A DNA stretch of 64,000 nt. Source: Tubiluchus corallicola (Eukaryota; Animalia; Priapulida). This document shows, in pieces, positions 11,101-25,826 of the stretch. The stretch lies in assembly GCA_030141605.1 (NCBI GenBank), contig JAQGDQ010000077.1:620001-684000 (forward strand). The letters run 5' to 3'. Below the pieces are notes generated by a model. That model was not told the DNA's origin and searched no databases. It saw only the letters and a list, made by a program, of their open reading frames with translations. A program made the position numbers and the translations under genes. Numbering within the stretch: the stretch's first letter is position 1; every line of letters starts with the position of its first letter.

Positions 11101-14100
11101 GGCATGTATAACGAGGACAATGGTTGGTACTACTTAGTACAGTACATTACCTATGTGTTCTGGGCTGTCATTATGTCCTTGCTGGCGGTTACACTTGTGC
11201 GTCAATTTGCACCATATGCATGCGGATCTGGAATCCCAGAAGTAAGCGATATTTCAATTTTATTTAGCTATATATATATCAGAATTGATTTTTTGTATTA
11301 TTTTCTCTGTTTAACTTGAGTTTTTCAGCCTATTTTGAATTCAATTAAACTCTTGGGCATTTTGTTTGAATTAACAGTTTAGTATTAACATTTAATACCA
11401 AGGAGTCTTTTAAGATTTACTTTGTTTTAATTGCACAAAATATTTTCAAAAAGTTATTTTTTTAGGTTTATAGTCTCTGGCAATGTCTTTGTTTCTGTTA
11501 CTGCCCTTTGGAGCTTTTTTGTGGACAATGTATATTTGACTTGACATGAAGTGTTGATTGTGTTGCTCCCATGGTCAAACTGTTTTTGTCAGGCTTGTAC
11601 CTTGAGTAAAAACAGAAACAACTTTACCCTGAGCAAATATGCAGTTAAGCATGTGATCATTAAATTGGAAAGACATAACTTGAAATCAACTTGACTTAGA
11701 CTAAATTCACAGCAACCTAAGGAACAATAAAAACGACATTTCTTCTCACCATTTGCTATTGGCTTTTTCAGATTAAAACAATACTTAGTGGCTTTATAAT
11801 AAGAGGATACCTCGGCAAGTGGACATATGTCATCAAGTCTGTGACGATGATGATGGCGACATCAGCGGGACTTAGTTTAGGTAAAGAGGGGCCGATGGTG
11901 CACATGGCATGCTGTGTGGGAAACATAATGTCTTATCTTTTTCCTAAGTATGGAAAAAATGAAGCCAAGAAAAGAGAGGTTAGTTTGCTAATTTTTTTAA
12001 ATGATGACTCAGACATGGTATAATTTATACATTTACATATTTATTTATTCGTAACCCACAATAGTAAACTTGAGGTAGTTATATATAACTTACACTATAA
12101 CTTACTGTGTTCCCATGGTCAGTTTTACAGACTGGCAGTAGGCCACATTGCCTTGAGTACAAAATTCTTTCCTTTTGCTTTTTCACTGTTAAATGCAGAG
12201 TTTGCAAGCCATTCTTAATAAAGTATATTTTTCTCATTGTTCATCCAGATGCATATAATAATGGTTGATAATATAATTAATTTACCATTTGCTTTTTTTT
12301 GTCTTTTGCACTTTGTGCTTTGAAATAATAGATATTCTTCAAGAATTAACATGCATAAATCATCGAACTTCCTTTCGGTATATTTTTGATAAAATGTGTC
12401 ATCATCACAGTTATAGGTGTCATATGTAGCATGAAAAAAGTAATGTTCTTTATAGTGATGTATGTGAGTTAATTTATTCATTGATACCTGTCAGATTGAT
12501 AATTTAGCAAATAAACATGAAATTTAGTAGATATGCGTGAATATGTTTGTGTGTGTGTGTGTGCTTTCGCAAAGCTCCCAGTCAGATCTCAGACCAGTTT
12601 TGCCATGTAAGCACAGGTTCTGCGTTGAAATGCTGATTGATCACAATTTTTCAGTTCCTCCATCAATTAGTCTAGCAGTGCCTCCTTCAATTATTTACCC
12701 GTTACGCTTATTGTCGTAACCATCCACGTCTTTCTTAATGTGTGGTTTTGGAGAGCTAGGCATATGTGCCTGCCTTTGTTTATCCAAGTGTTTTACATTA
12801 TATTTTCAAAATGGTGAAAATGCTGAAACCAGACCAATCAAACTTGGCACAGAAATGTAGGTAAGTACTGGCTGGGAAAGGTCAAAAGGCCACACAGACA
12901 CATTTCGTCTCGATTTGACCTTAAAAATGTTTTCGTGGTGCATTCACTAAAGTGGTTTGGAATTTAGTTCAGTTTACCATTTGCAGTTTTGCTGTTTAGC
13001 AATTGATTCACTTTGTAGATAATTTTGCTGTCACTTTTCTCTAGTTAGCTATATTATATTCAATAAGTTAATTCATTCGTTTGTTTCAGATTTTATCTGC
13101 AGCATCAGCAGCAGGTGTCTCTGTTGCATTTGGCGCTCCAATTGGTGGAGTGTTATTTAGTCTGGAAGAGGTATGGATTTCATACAGATATGTCATACTT
13201 CTTATTTTTTCACTCGTACTAAAATATAGTGTAGTGCAATCCAAATTAGTTGCTCAATAAATTTTGCGTGTAGACATTTGTATATTGACTGAAACTTATG
13301 TAAAAATGGGAATAAATATTGCTAAATTTGGGTTTTAACCGATGAAAAATTTGATCTTACTAGCTTAACCTTTTTCTTTTACTAAGTTTTTTGTGAAAAC
13401 TTCCTGTGACGCAGATTAAAGCTATCATAAAAAAAATGTGCATTACAAAGATGCATTATCATCTAGTGTATAAACTGAGCCTTAGAAAACCAGTTATTAA
13501 CAAAATTTAATGTGCATTATCAATTTTATTGATAAAGATCATTACATGTGAATTAGTTCCTTAATGTTTTTGTGACTTCTTTTTTCACACTCATTAGCTA
13601 TTTATGTATCAAAAATTTTTTAGTCCATATTATGTTTAGCGAGAACTGAGATTTTGTGTAACACTTCATCTTACAAACAAGAGAAATTGGAGATTTTATA
13701 TATTCAACCAGTGTTACTCTGAGCTGGATATAATGTAAGCCGCGAGGAGAAAAGCAGCTTCACAAAGAATGAACTTATGCTAACCAATAATCCTTGTCAT
13801 ACAGATAATCCATTTGCTGTGTTATGCTTACTACTCTCAGAGAATATGTTGCATCATATTGGTGCTAAATTCAATGTATAATTAGTAAGTTTAATTATTA
13901 ATAATTTTGTAATCATTTTCCTGGAAAGTGCCAGTAAGATTTTAATAATCAATTTCTTCAATTTAGGTTAGCTACTATTTTCCACTAAAAACATTATGGC
14001 GATCGTTTTTTTGTGCCATGGTAGCTTCATTTGTTCTGCGATCAATCAATCCATTTGGAACGTCGCATTTAGTCATGTTCTACATTGATTACAACAATCA

Positions 14101-17100
14101 GTGGTTCTTTTTCGAGTTAATTCCATTCATTCTTTTAGGAATATTTGGGGTAAGTATTCTGGAATATAGACTAAGATTCCTTTATTTCTTTTTTATAACT
14201 TTTAAAGTAACTTATTTTTCCATCTTATGGATTTGAAGTTTGGGTCCCTTTAAAGTACTATATTTCTACTTGTTGTCATCTGAGTGATTTGAGGTTACTC
14301 TTCATTACTGTATGCTGGATTTTCTGGAATGTTGTAATTAATCTTGCGTGTATCTTGTTAACTTGGTATTTTGCTATATTGTAGTTTTGCAATGTTGGTT
14401 ATTCGTAGACTAGTCAACACAAACTTCTTTTTCGTTAGCTCATCATTCATAGGAACCATAAACGATTCCTAAGTAATTTCAATTGACTTAAACAAAACAA
14501 ACAGATGGCATTTCAAAGACAAATTTCTATTGATTTTTCGCATTATAAGTAATATATTTTTAAATTATTGGTAAATATTTGACAGTATTTAAACTGCTTA
14601 AAGAAGAGGAAGCTGCTCATTTCAGTTAACAAGCAACAAAGTTTTTGTTTCTATTCATTTTTAATATAATGATGATCTTTCTTTTCAGGGCCTAGTTGGT
14701 GCTTTCTTTATTAAAGCCAATATATATTGGTGTAAATATAGAAAGAATTCTCGGTTGGGTCTTTACCCAACTGCAGAGGTAAGCCATCAGTTGCTGTTTA
14801 TTATGTTAATAGTGTTATATGACTAGTGATCCTACATTTGAGATACAGTTTTGCTTTATTGCTGATGGTCTAGCTAATTTCCTTGTACCACATGTCTATC
14901 TTGATTTGAGTTTTCTGAATCTAGCTACATTTTCGATAATTGTAAAGAAAATATTGACATACTGATAGCAGGTTTGTCATGATTAATTCTAAAACAGAAT
15001 TACCAGTAAAAAGTTTTGTGACTGTGTTACCTTTCACAGGATGTAAAATGGTTACCTCGGTTTCTTTTGAGATTGGCGTTAGGCTTTGCAAATTGCAAAT
15101 GTGCAGAAATTGTTTGACGATAACTACGATTATTCTCAAAAAAATTGGTTTTGATTTTTCTTTTCAGGTTTTAATCATCACGCTCGTTACTGCATTGATT
15201 AGTTTTCCTAATCCATATACAAGAATGAGCACCAGTGAGTTAATTACGCAGCTCTTCCAGCAGTGTGGTCCTGAGGACAGCACTCCTCTCTGGTGAGTAT
15301 TCTTCTTTGTTACCCTACTTGTTTTTCATGTCAATCTTGCAGAAACATGATTGTTTTGTTTTATTTTATGATATTTCTTTTAATACGTTATTTACAGGTT
15401 AAGTCGAAAAATTTACACTTAGGTATTTATGCTACAGCATCAATGAACATTACAAAATGTACTTTAAGTGTACAATGAAGGATACAGTAATATACAAGGG
15501 TGGTAAATAACCTTTTGTTAGGAGGCTACAAAAATAGCATGTTGCTTTACAGAACAGTTTACTGCATCAAAGTGCTGCTGAAACAATAGAGAATGTACCA
15601 TGGCTCAATACTTAGTGGTTTCAGTTGCTTTTGCACCCCTTAACAAATGGTTAAGTACTACCCTACATATCATTTTATACCAAAATGTTACACTTACTGA
15701 GTTTAAATCAAAAGCCAAACACTTGGGAAGTTGGGCTTATTTTAATATATGAAAAAAATGTTAGAAAGTTTCAGCAATAAAATTGCAATAAGCATTTCTT
15801 GTAATTAGTAAGGTCATTTTAAAGTTGCCATTACTTCACACTTTGGGCGTGCTCCTTTTGAACGAGAACGGGTGTCATCCGCTTACTGTGCAGCATAAAC
15901 ACTTATTCTGCCAGGTGCTTCAGTAAACTTTTCTTGCAGCTGCAGTGACTATTATCAACTAGAACAATTAAAACCCTTAAATGAGAGATTATTAATACAA
16001 TTTATTTTGTTTTTTGATGAATCCTGTTGCCCACAATGTAATAAAAACCAGTCACCCACGATAATATAATAGCCTCTAAATTAGCTAAGTAATGTGGACA
16101 TAGAACACAAAGATTTAGTTGGCCAAAATGGTGAGATTCCTCAGTGAACTACAGAAGCGTTGTTACGTGTGCTTTCGTGCTGTCCACAAGTATCATTTCT
16201 TTCAAATATGCCCGTAGCGAAGTTCATTTGGTCCTGAGATACAAATTATTTAAATTTCTTTTGCACTTTAAGTGAGGCATTTTATCTGCTTGCATTATGT
16301 AGTAATTTAAATATTTTTAAGTGTAAATTAAAATGCAACGAGTGCCATTTCTGGTTGATTTTCCTTTAAATTAGAAAAATTCGAAATGAATTTTTTTTTT
16401 AATTTACAAATTTCAGCAAATGAGTCAATTCTTACTTTTACATTTGTTTGTAATATTTAGTGCAATTTTACTTTATTGCCGTGATGTGCTAAAATGCGAT
16501 AATAGGTACTCTCAAAGAGCTTATCAGGTTTAATCGTTATTATAGGATCTAGTAATTCATTTGTCAAATTATATTTTCCTTGTCATTCAAAACTTACTGG
16601 AAGAGGATTGAACTGAGTGGCCTGATTGTTAAACAAATAGAAAACTTTGTTAAACGTTTTATTGAAAATACATTAATCAGATAGCAGTGGCATTGAATTC
16701 ACAGCTATTTAATTGTTTTAGATTCAAAAATTTGATTATTGTAGGTTGTTGATATGTTATTACATCTTTAACTGATAATCTAGAAATTAAGATTACAAAT
16801 AGCTAATTAGTCAAAATCATAGTGTGTGTGCGTCTGAAGGAAGTGTACATTGTGTCACCTATGTTGTTGTCTTGTTAAGCACCTATTTGTCTATTACAGC
16901 TTGCAATGGTTAACACTCAGATGTGTCCTGAACTGTGAAATACCTTCCTGATAGTCAAATAATGCAATATATCTAATTATGTTTCTCATTTTAGTTGACA
17001 TTTTTAAATATTTTTTTGTTGTTTTAGTGACTACGAGAGGAATTTCACGAATGTGAATCATGGTACAGAGAGTGGCAAGATTGGCCATGGTGTCATTGAT

Positions 17101-20100
17101 GCCCTCTGGCAACTTTCCTTGGCTCTAGTCTTTAAACTTCTTATTACTGTATTTACCTTTGGTATCAAGGTATGTAATTTGTGAATTTTAATTCTCCGCA
17201 TGAAAAGATAGCTTTTTCTTAGTTTGAGCTATATTATTTGTGACATGGACTACAATTTTCTAGTTTTCGTTATAAAAAATAATGTAAATAAGTGTTTCAG
17301 AGATATATTGTTAGTCAAAAGAATGTAATATTGTCATATTATTTTTATGCTGACTTAATTACCATGATAAGCAATGATGCAACAGAAGTGAAAGGTGTAA
17401 AGAACTATGAGTGAATTGCATCTTAACTGATAGTGAATTTTTATAAGTATTTTTAATGGGAGTATATATTAAACAGCATTCTCCACATTCTCTGTGCAGT
17501 ATCCTTGATCTGACAGTGATGTTTAATTAAATAGGAAAGGTTCTTTGTTTACATATCGTCTTTTTACCATTATTCAGGTACCAGCTGGAATTTTTATTCC
17601 AAGTATGGCTGTTGGTGCCATTGCAGGACGTATGCTTGGTGTTGGAGTCGAACAACTAGCTATGTAAGCTCGGATTAGTTAAACAACTTAAACAATTTTA
17701 AAAAATAAGTAAAAGTTGTGAGAAAACTTTTTGTGCTTTCAAGTGGATATTTTTATATAAAGCTTTCGTAGCTCTTTTCAGATCACACATTCAGTTATAA
17801 TACAAGCATTTAGGTATTTAGACGATCTGTGTGTGACAATCTCAGAAATGTTTTAAATTACCTCGTTTTGTTTTGATTGCTTTTAAAGCAACCCTATTCA
17901 AAAATGTTGTTAATCTTATTCTGCTTTTATTTTACAGTCAGAAGGCAGACTGGTTCCTGTTTAAAGAAGTCTGCAACACAAACGTGGCTTGCATAACTCC
18001 GGGTATTTATGCAATGGTTGGTGCTGCAGCTATGCTGGGAGGGGTAACTCGCATGACAGGTGATTGTGTAGACGGTGGTCAACTTATTTCTTTATATTGA
18101 CAGAAATAGTGATATAATATCAGTGCAAACATCAATCGGACAGTTTTTGTGCTAGTCTAGCTCGTTCAGTCAAGTTATTGGTGTATTGTTACGCTTAAAG
18201 CACATGCAAAATTTAAATTGCAAATTGAAGAATTTGGCCAAATGGCTTAATAAATTAGTTCTGGGGAATGCTTGTGTAAACTGTGCATGTTCAACAGTGT
18301 GTTAGGCCTACTTTTCATATTTATAGATGAAAAATCTTTCAGTAAGTGGAAAGTGTTTCTCTCTCTGTGTAGAGTTCTGTGCCATGACCTGTTCTGGTAA
18401 AATGTAATGAATTTGCTAAAAGTGCTAAGGAGGAATTTGCAAAATTATATTAAAATATAAGCCATGTGCATGCTTTTCATGACTTAAAATCAAGAATTTG
18501 TCTCATAACTAAGTAGTGGTACTAAACACTTAAATAGTAACTGTGTCATCTATATTTATGTTGTAATACGGTTATCTATGTTTAAGTAGCAATAACAATA
18601 AAGTACAATAGGCACCGCTTAATGACTCACTTTGGGATCGAAGGATTTTGACCCAATTAACCGACTGAACCTATTAACTGATGGGTGTAGTATTACCGGT
18701 ATAGAAGAAGTATGTGTCACCAGCTTACTATGCACTGCAAAGGTTTTTAATGAATTTTAGAAACAAAGTAATGCCTAATTCCTTTGTGCAGTTAAAAATT
18801 CGAAAAACAATATTTTAAAACATTATTTATATAAGTGAATTAGCAATAAATTGAAAAGTATATTTTTCCAAATCACACAAGTCTGTTTATTCGCAAAAAT
18901 AATGGAAATGCGTCCATGGTCGGCTGCTTCATTTTTTTTGGGACAAGTTGGATCAGAAAGTCTCATAATGATGAAGATGTTTAAAACTGTTGTTGTATGA
19001 GACGCAAATATGTGCTTGAACTGTTGTGGTGACCGTATTTCCCTGCATGAGGCTTCGTCTGTTAGCTCCCACTTGCTGTCGTGACATATTTATTGTACTG
19101 TACCTGCATCTCGGGCATAACAGCAACGGCAAACTGATTAAACTTTCTGTGAAAGAACGCCAGAGCTTCTAAAGCAAACCACTAGGCAAGTGATTAAATA
19201 TTTAGCTTCCAGGAATTCTTGGGTAACAAGGTCAATTGCAGTGGACGGGGAGGGTCAAAACAAACCATTAGGATATCATATTAGCGGATGATAAACGTTC
19301 CTGCTTGCACACAAAACGGCACTTAACATGATTTGTTGCTATGTATATCATATGACAAAAGCGAACTAAGATGATATAAAAGTCATAAAAACTTATTAGT
19401 CACACGAAAGTGTCTTATTGAAGCATGTGAAACAAAAATATTGAGACAATATTGAGTCTATTAAGTGGCGCCTACTGTAGTAATCTTTGAAACTATGAAC
19501 ACATTTAGCAATGGATTCAAAAATTAGTGTAATAATTTAGTAATCTTTTAAGTGTTGATGTTTTAGTGTCACTGGTTGTGATCATGTTTGAACTGACCGG
19601 TGGAATCGAATACATTGTTCCAATCATGGCCGCAGTGATGACCAGTAAGTGGGTGGGAGATGCACTAGGGAAGGAAGGGTTATATGATGCACATATAACT
19701 CTCAATGGTTATCCATTCTTGGACAGCAAAATGGAGTTTACGCATACTACTATAGCAGCTGATGTTATGAGACCAAGGTACGAGACCAAAATCTGCTGCA
19801 GAGGTTATGTTGGTTTCCCTTTTTATGTTTTTTTAAATCATAGGATGCACAAACATGTTATTTGTTAGAAATTTGATACGTTAATTTTTGCAATAGAACC
19901 TGGTTTTAGCGATGTTATCCTAATCTTGCCTAACTTTTCTGTTTTTAGACGAAATGAGTCACCATTGTGTGTTATAACTCAGGACAGTATGACAGTTGAT
20001 GATATAGGTATGTACAGTAATTTTTCTAAGCCTTTAGGATGAACACAAATGGGTTGGCAAAAAATGTATGAGGTAGAGCATTATCATATTGTGTTAGATA

Positions 20101-23100
20101 CTTTTTATATCCATTTTTAGATCCATCTTCTGCATATGGAAAACATGCATTTCTGAAATGTCAGCAGACATTGTAGTTGCTTTTCCTATAAACTGTGCCC
20201 AATTTTCTATAGCATTAGATTTTTGTTGAGCTTAGTTTTTTGCACTTTTGCAAAGAAATATTACTGAAGTGCCAAACTTAGGATCACTGTTGGGTAATTG
20301 CGTATAGTGAGTTTCTAAAGTGTTAGCGTAGTGCACTATTTTATACTTAACAACAAAAAACAGCTATAACACGCTAATTTAATTTGTAGCAAAATGTATG
20401 TTTTAACTGGAAGCTACTTTTTACACCACCCAGATTCCAAGAATGCTAAGTTTACAAGAAATTATTCTAGTAAATATCTGAGAACTGTTATGGTACGTTG
20501 ATTTTCTCAAGTCTTAATGCCAGCTTGGAAGTTGGAAAACGTTGTGACAAAGCTGCATGTTGTATTATGTAATTGTACATCAGTTGAATCACTTATCATG
20601 TGCATGTCATAGATCTTTGAGTTACAACAGTGAGTAACCACTCCAGCTTTTAAACACTGCCTCTTCTCACCGCTTCAGTTATGCATTGTAATTGTTCACT
20701 GGTAGCTAGCCAGGTTAACTATTGCTAGCACATGATGTTGCTTGATATGGCTAGTTGAGTTTTGATAAAATCGACAAGTACAACTTTTTGCATTGTAATA
20801 GCAAATGAAATCGAACATGAAAAAATGTGAAATTTCCCTTGCTGTTTATAACATTTAGAAGGTTTTTTGTTGTTTGTCCTCTTTAGATTACATATACATA
20901 TATTTATAATTTAGAGACAGCTGTCTATAAAATCTTGACTGCATCGTAAAATAGCACCACAAGGCTTGCACAATATCTTAGTTTTTATAGCTAATTAGTT
21001 TTCCAAGTAGCTGTAGCTGTAGCTAACTACTTTTCAAAAGCAATGAGTTGTAGCTCTAGTTAGCTACTCTTTTATTGTAGCTTATCTAACATAGTTATGA
21101 TAAGAATGTGATTGTTTGCATTTTGTGCAAACAAATTACCCACAACTGTTTGTACCTCCATCATTTCACTATTGTAAATTTATGCATCCAGCTTGCTCAA
21201 ATTGCATGTGCAACATAACGTTTTTTAAAAGGCAGACCTAACAGCCATAACAGTGCTATGTATATTAACTTGTATCAAATAAATTGTGCCCAAAACAGAT
21301 ATGCTTGGTTTGATGGTATAGCATAGTACAAGGCTTATGTTGCCTGCAATATATTTTTTCCCAGTACATATTTTTCATGGCACTTTTGTATTTATTTTAA
21401 AATTGTTTATTGTTAATTTACTTCCTGATACTTTTTCGATTTTTCAGAATTGATACTACGGGAAACAGATCATAATGGATTTCCTGTTGTTTTATCCAAG
21501 GAATCTCAGTATCTAGTTGGATTTGTAGTCCGCCGAGATCTGAATCTGGCATTAGGTATGTGCAGCTAATTTCCGCATCTTGCATAAATTGCATTCCTTC
21601 TTGCACCAGTTCTTGCCCAGTAATACCCATTTGTTATGTTAATACTTGTAATGTAGTAAAGTGGCTGCCGATACATTAAGTACTGTCCTTGGTTATATTG
21701 CTTATTTAGTGATGGAATTTCGTGGAAAAAATAAATAGTAAGAAGGCACAGGATGAATGCACTTACTCCGTACTGCCTCCTTGAGTGGAAGATTATCACA
21801 ATTTTTTATAGTTTGTGTCACAGCTTTCTCGCTTAATAAATATGAAATTTTTAAATATATTTATAAGGCACAGTTAAATCAGTTTATGCAATACATTTAT
21901 ACAAAACTTTATGCAGTTATAATATACTAAAGGTAACGATACCTCGGAAATATTATCATATTTATCAAATGGTTTGTACCTATTTTCAAATGTAACTCTT
22001 TTAATTTCTTGTTTATCTTGCTCAATTTAGCTAGCGCGAGAAAGAACCAGGAAGGAATTGTGAGCAATTCTATAGTTTATTTTACCAATCACGTTCCTGC
22101 CATGGCAGCTGTTGGAGGTCCGACACCCTTGAAGTTACGCAGACTGGTTGATCTAGTAAGTGTTAAGTGTTCATCTTGACATCAAAATCTGTAGCTGGAA
22201 AATATCTCACAAAAATCAACACAATTAGTCCTTAAATCTCAATGGTTTATACCTTTATCACTTGTTAGCTAGTTACCTAAATACCTAAATATAGAAAATT
22301 GAAATTGACTAACATTGGCAACTGTGATGATGTATCAGCATCTTTGTAGCTATAAATAGTTTTATATCGTATCGACCATGCCAATACATGCTATTTTCAA
22401 GATCCGTGTGCATGCTGGCCGCACTACATCACGGCCGTGGTTTAATTTTTTCCAGTCCGCTAAAAGAACGTGATGTTTATCATTATTAGTTACAAACCTA
22501 GCTTTTTAGATAACTTATAAGAATGTGACATTATCGAAGTATTGTTGCTAAGCTTTATAGAAATGAACATTTTTAGCTTTTTGTTAAAAAGCAGAAAAGT
22601 ATCGCTTCCATGCTTCCCACATAGAAGTAGTATGAAAAGTCTGGAAATCCATTTTTCATACTTGCTACATTGCCCATTGTAAAACCCATTTTAGTTGAAG
22701 TTTACATCAAAGTAAAAAGTTACTTGATACTTGTTTGATTTTATTTTATAAATAATGCCAAAAAATGATAATAAACGTTCATTATTTTCAGGCACCTATT
22801 ACTATAACTGATCAGACTCCTATGGAGACTGTTGTAGATATGTTTAGAAAACTTGGCCTTCGCCAAACATTAGTCACTCATAATGGGTAAGTATGCGGTC
22901 TTTCTGCCTGCTTTATTTTGCAATTTAGTGCAGAAGATAGAACTTTAAACAGTTTCAAAAGTCACAAGAATATTAAGCTTAACACTTGACATGAAAATGC
23001 TTGTGTTTCTAGCATTGATTTGTGTAGTCATTTTATTGGTATTATTCCACAAATTGATTCATTTTTCAGCCGATTGCTCGGAATTATAACTAAGAAGGAT

Positions 23101-23160
23101 GTGCTTCGACATGTGAAGCAACTTGAAAACAAGGACCCATCGTCAGTTTTGTTCAACTAA
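8119..23160 (+). CDS. CLCN3: ClC-3/4/5 subfamily H+/Cl- exchange transporter with two C-terminal CBS domains; spliced, ~906 aa with first exon 8119-8581
   Basis: Exons inferred from AG/GT boundaries and frame: 8119-8581, 8901-9122, 10240-10385, 11077-11241, 11772-11978, 13090-13170, 13967-14149, 14689-14778, 15168-15292, 17028-17169, 17578-17663, 17938-18059, 19567-19777, 19949-20007, 21448-21555, 22031-22155, 22792-22886, 23070-23160 (TAA). Phases join throughout. Signatures: [28 protein letters not shown] (gating Glu), [15 protein letters not shown] (proton Glu), GIFIP, LYDAHI, C-terminal DPSSVLFN. The symbol denotes the likely co-orthologue of vertebrate CLCN3/4/5. The 8581 donor (G|GTATTG) is weak, so this first exon is less certain than the body. 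Confidence 0.95.
12549..12740 (-). mobile_element. Possible very old RTE-like LINE 3' end
   Basis: Minus strand reads [18 protein letters not shown], resembling the RTE C-terminal R..W.D.I...G..L.EA. It is followed by a short (CA)n tract in tail position. Confidence 0.35.
18606..19477. mobile_element. Non-autonomous pogo/Tigger-like (Tc1/mariner superfamily) element in a ClC intron
   Basis: Termini TA-CAATAGGCACCGCTTAAT ... ATTAAGTGGCGCCTACTG-TA are inverted repeats (17/20 including the TA), with a TA target duplication and a CAGT-type end. Confidence 0.7.
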
Positions 23161-25826
23161 AGATCTGTTTGTCAGTAGAATAACGGAAGAAAATAGATGA
23201 CAGTATAATAATGTACTGGAAAGGGCATTTGGAATTTTGGCTATTAATGTACATAATGTATTAGTGATATACTTGTATCTTTGTGTCAAATTTGTTTTTT
23301 CTTGTGGTTATTACAGCAGTAGTTGGTTGGCGTTATTTTCTCTAGTCTAGTGCAACAGCCACTTTTCAAAATCAATGCCAATCCCATGTTAAACTTAGAA
23401 TCGGTGTATTAGACAACTCATTTGACCCTAATGTGTAAACATTTGCATGAAGCCACTGTGCTAAACATTATGGCTAATTTATTGGCTACTGCCATACATA
23501 CTCAAGTTCTAGGCTGTTGCAAAGCTCTACTTTATGTTTATAATATGAATTTGCCTTTTCTTAACTGACTATTGGTTCAGAATTGTTTGTTTGAAGTTTT
23601 TAAAACATTCACTTGATGTAAGGCAGATGTAATGTTCTTTTACTTTAATGTAATTAAAGAAAATAAATAATATATGTATTCTCTTTGACTCATGTATCTA
23701 AAGTCTTATGATCGTGATACGGGCTTATAATTATTACCTAGTTGTTATTGTTATCATCAGTTCTTTATTGTTATATTAATTTATGCATGTATAAGCTTTC
23801 ATAGTTACTAATGTAATATGTTGTATTATAATGTCGTATCAGTGTAAAATGCACTTGACAGTTGCATGTAATTTCGTAGCAGCATTCAAAAGACATGAAA
23901 TTAACAAAGCTCTCTTGGCAGACTCTTAAAAAATTTAGTTTGCAGTAAGCCTTTTTTAATATAAAAACATGGCTTAAATATGTTGCCCTAAAACTATTAT
24001 AGTATAAATGTGATTTTCATGTTGCAATACTAAACTGACTTGGACTGAGACTGGCTGGTTTGAACTAGATGTGCTAATCTGGTACTATCTAAAAATTTGA
24101 ATACCACTTCTTTAAATTTTTTTTGAATATCACTTTTGTGAGCATGTAAATGTAGTTGAAAGAAACTGATTCCTAGTCAATATACATGTGGGTGCATGGA
24201 TCGCATAAAACCATTCTGTCTTTAGATTTTTGATATAATCATTTTTGATGCTGATATTGTATGCCTATTATGTGTATAGTATTGCATAGAACATTTTTTC
24301 TAAATTGTCTACCTTGTAATTTGTCTTATCTTTTTATACGATATAAAGAAACAAAAAGATTGTTTGGTAAAAGCAACATCAATGCATGTATGACAGAAAA
24401 AGATGTGGTCGTTAAATAATATTACTACCTAAAACTGGTCACTATTTGTTTTTGCACTCGTTCTGATGATTTGTTTGTCGATTTTGTTTTATATCAGCTT
24501 GCAAAAAAAAATCTGGAGTAAAAAGAAAACCTTTCACAGCTAGAGATAGTTTTGTGCATAAGTATTGTATTACAATTATTGTTATTCATAATAGTAACTA
24601 TGTTCCAGAGGTTGTTGTTAGTTACAGCGATCTCTGTCTTGATTAATTTAGACTAAATAGTCAGTTTTGTGCTCGCATTAATGCCAATATGTGTTGTTTA
24701 CTTTTTACAATGTCTTTCATAATAAGTGTATTTTTTGTCTTTATAAAATCACTATTTAATTTTGTGATTGTTGTGATGTTTAGTATTAAGCTTTTATTAT
24801 GCTATAGAACATTGTAAGAAAAATGTAAGTCCCAATAACACTTCATCATCTCTAACGAATTTAGATTAAGTGTAGAAATTTTTTTGAAGTAAATGGATTA
24901 GCGCCTTACTTATGATCGTGGTGACAATATCTGTTTTGGCTCTTACTATGCCATACATAGTACCTGTAAATGTGCCACAGCTAGTCACAGCTAGTAGTAT
25001 TCTTCCCTTTTTTTCAAATACCAATTATAGTAAGATTAAATAATTAAGGGACCTTTTGCACCTTTATTAGATTGTAAGCATGTAGTTTTGTTATGCAAAG
25101 TTTTATTATGTGTACTATCTTCGAACTACAAAACGTGTCACTATATTTGAATGTCTAAAAATGATGGTTATATGTAGCTGAGGCTCTGCTTTTTAGAGGA
25201 GTAATGTGTCTGAGTAAACTGGGCATAATTAGGTCAACATCATGGTTTTGTACCATATAGATTATATGTTGTTGTTGTGATTTCGAATTGTTAATTCCGT
25301 GAAATTTGCAATGTTTCCCTAATGTGAAAATAAAATGTAAATAAGTCAAGTGGATAACAAAGTTGCTTTTGTGCTTCTATGTGCTTTACAAAAAAGGAGG
25401 TACAGCAGTTAGTGTATTGACTTGTCTACATGACAATGAATTGCAGTGTTTAGAAGAGCAGAGTGGAGAGCATATATAGAGATGTCTTCTTTATTGCAAG
25501 CTATATTCTAATCTATCTGTTTCTTAGTATTTTACATTATAGATAATTTTTGCAAGGTTCTTAATGTTTTGTCAGTTCATTGACTGAGCACTATGTACAA
25601 CCCAGAGTTTGCATGGAAGTCGTGACTTGGGGATGCCTTCTGTTTGCTAGGTTGAGATAAGAGAGTATTGCGTATATATACAAAGTAATCTACTTTCACG
25701 CCTGTTTTACACACACGAGTCTTTAAAGGTGGTGTATACAAACATTGACTACAATTTGCAGCTTTCTACAATACAGGGAGATACAGTAAGATCAGCGTGG
25801 TGGTGTTACACTAAAATTTATATATA

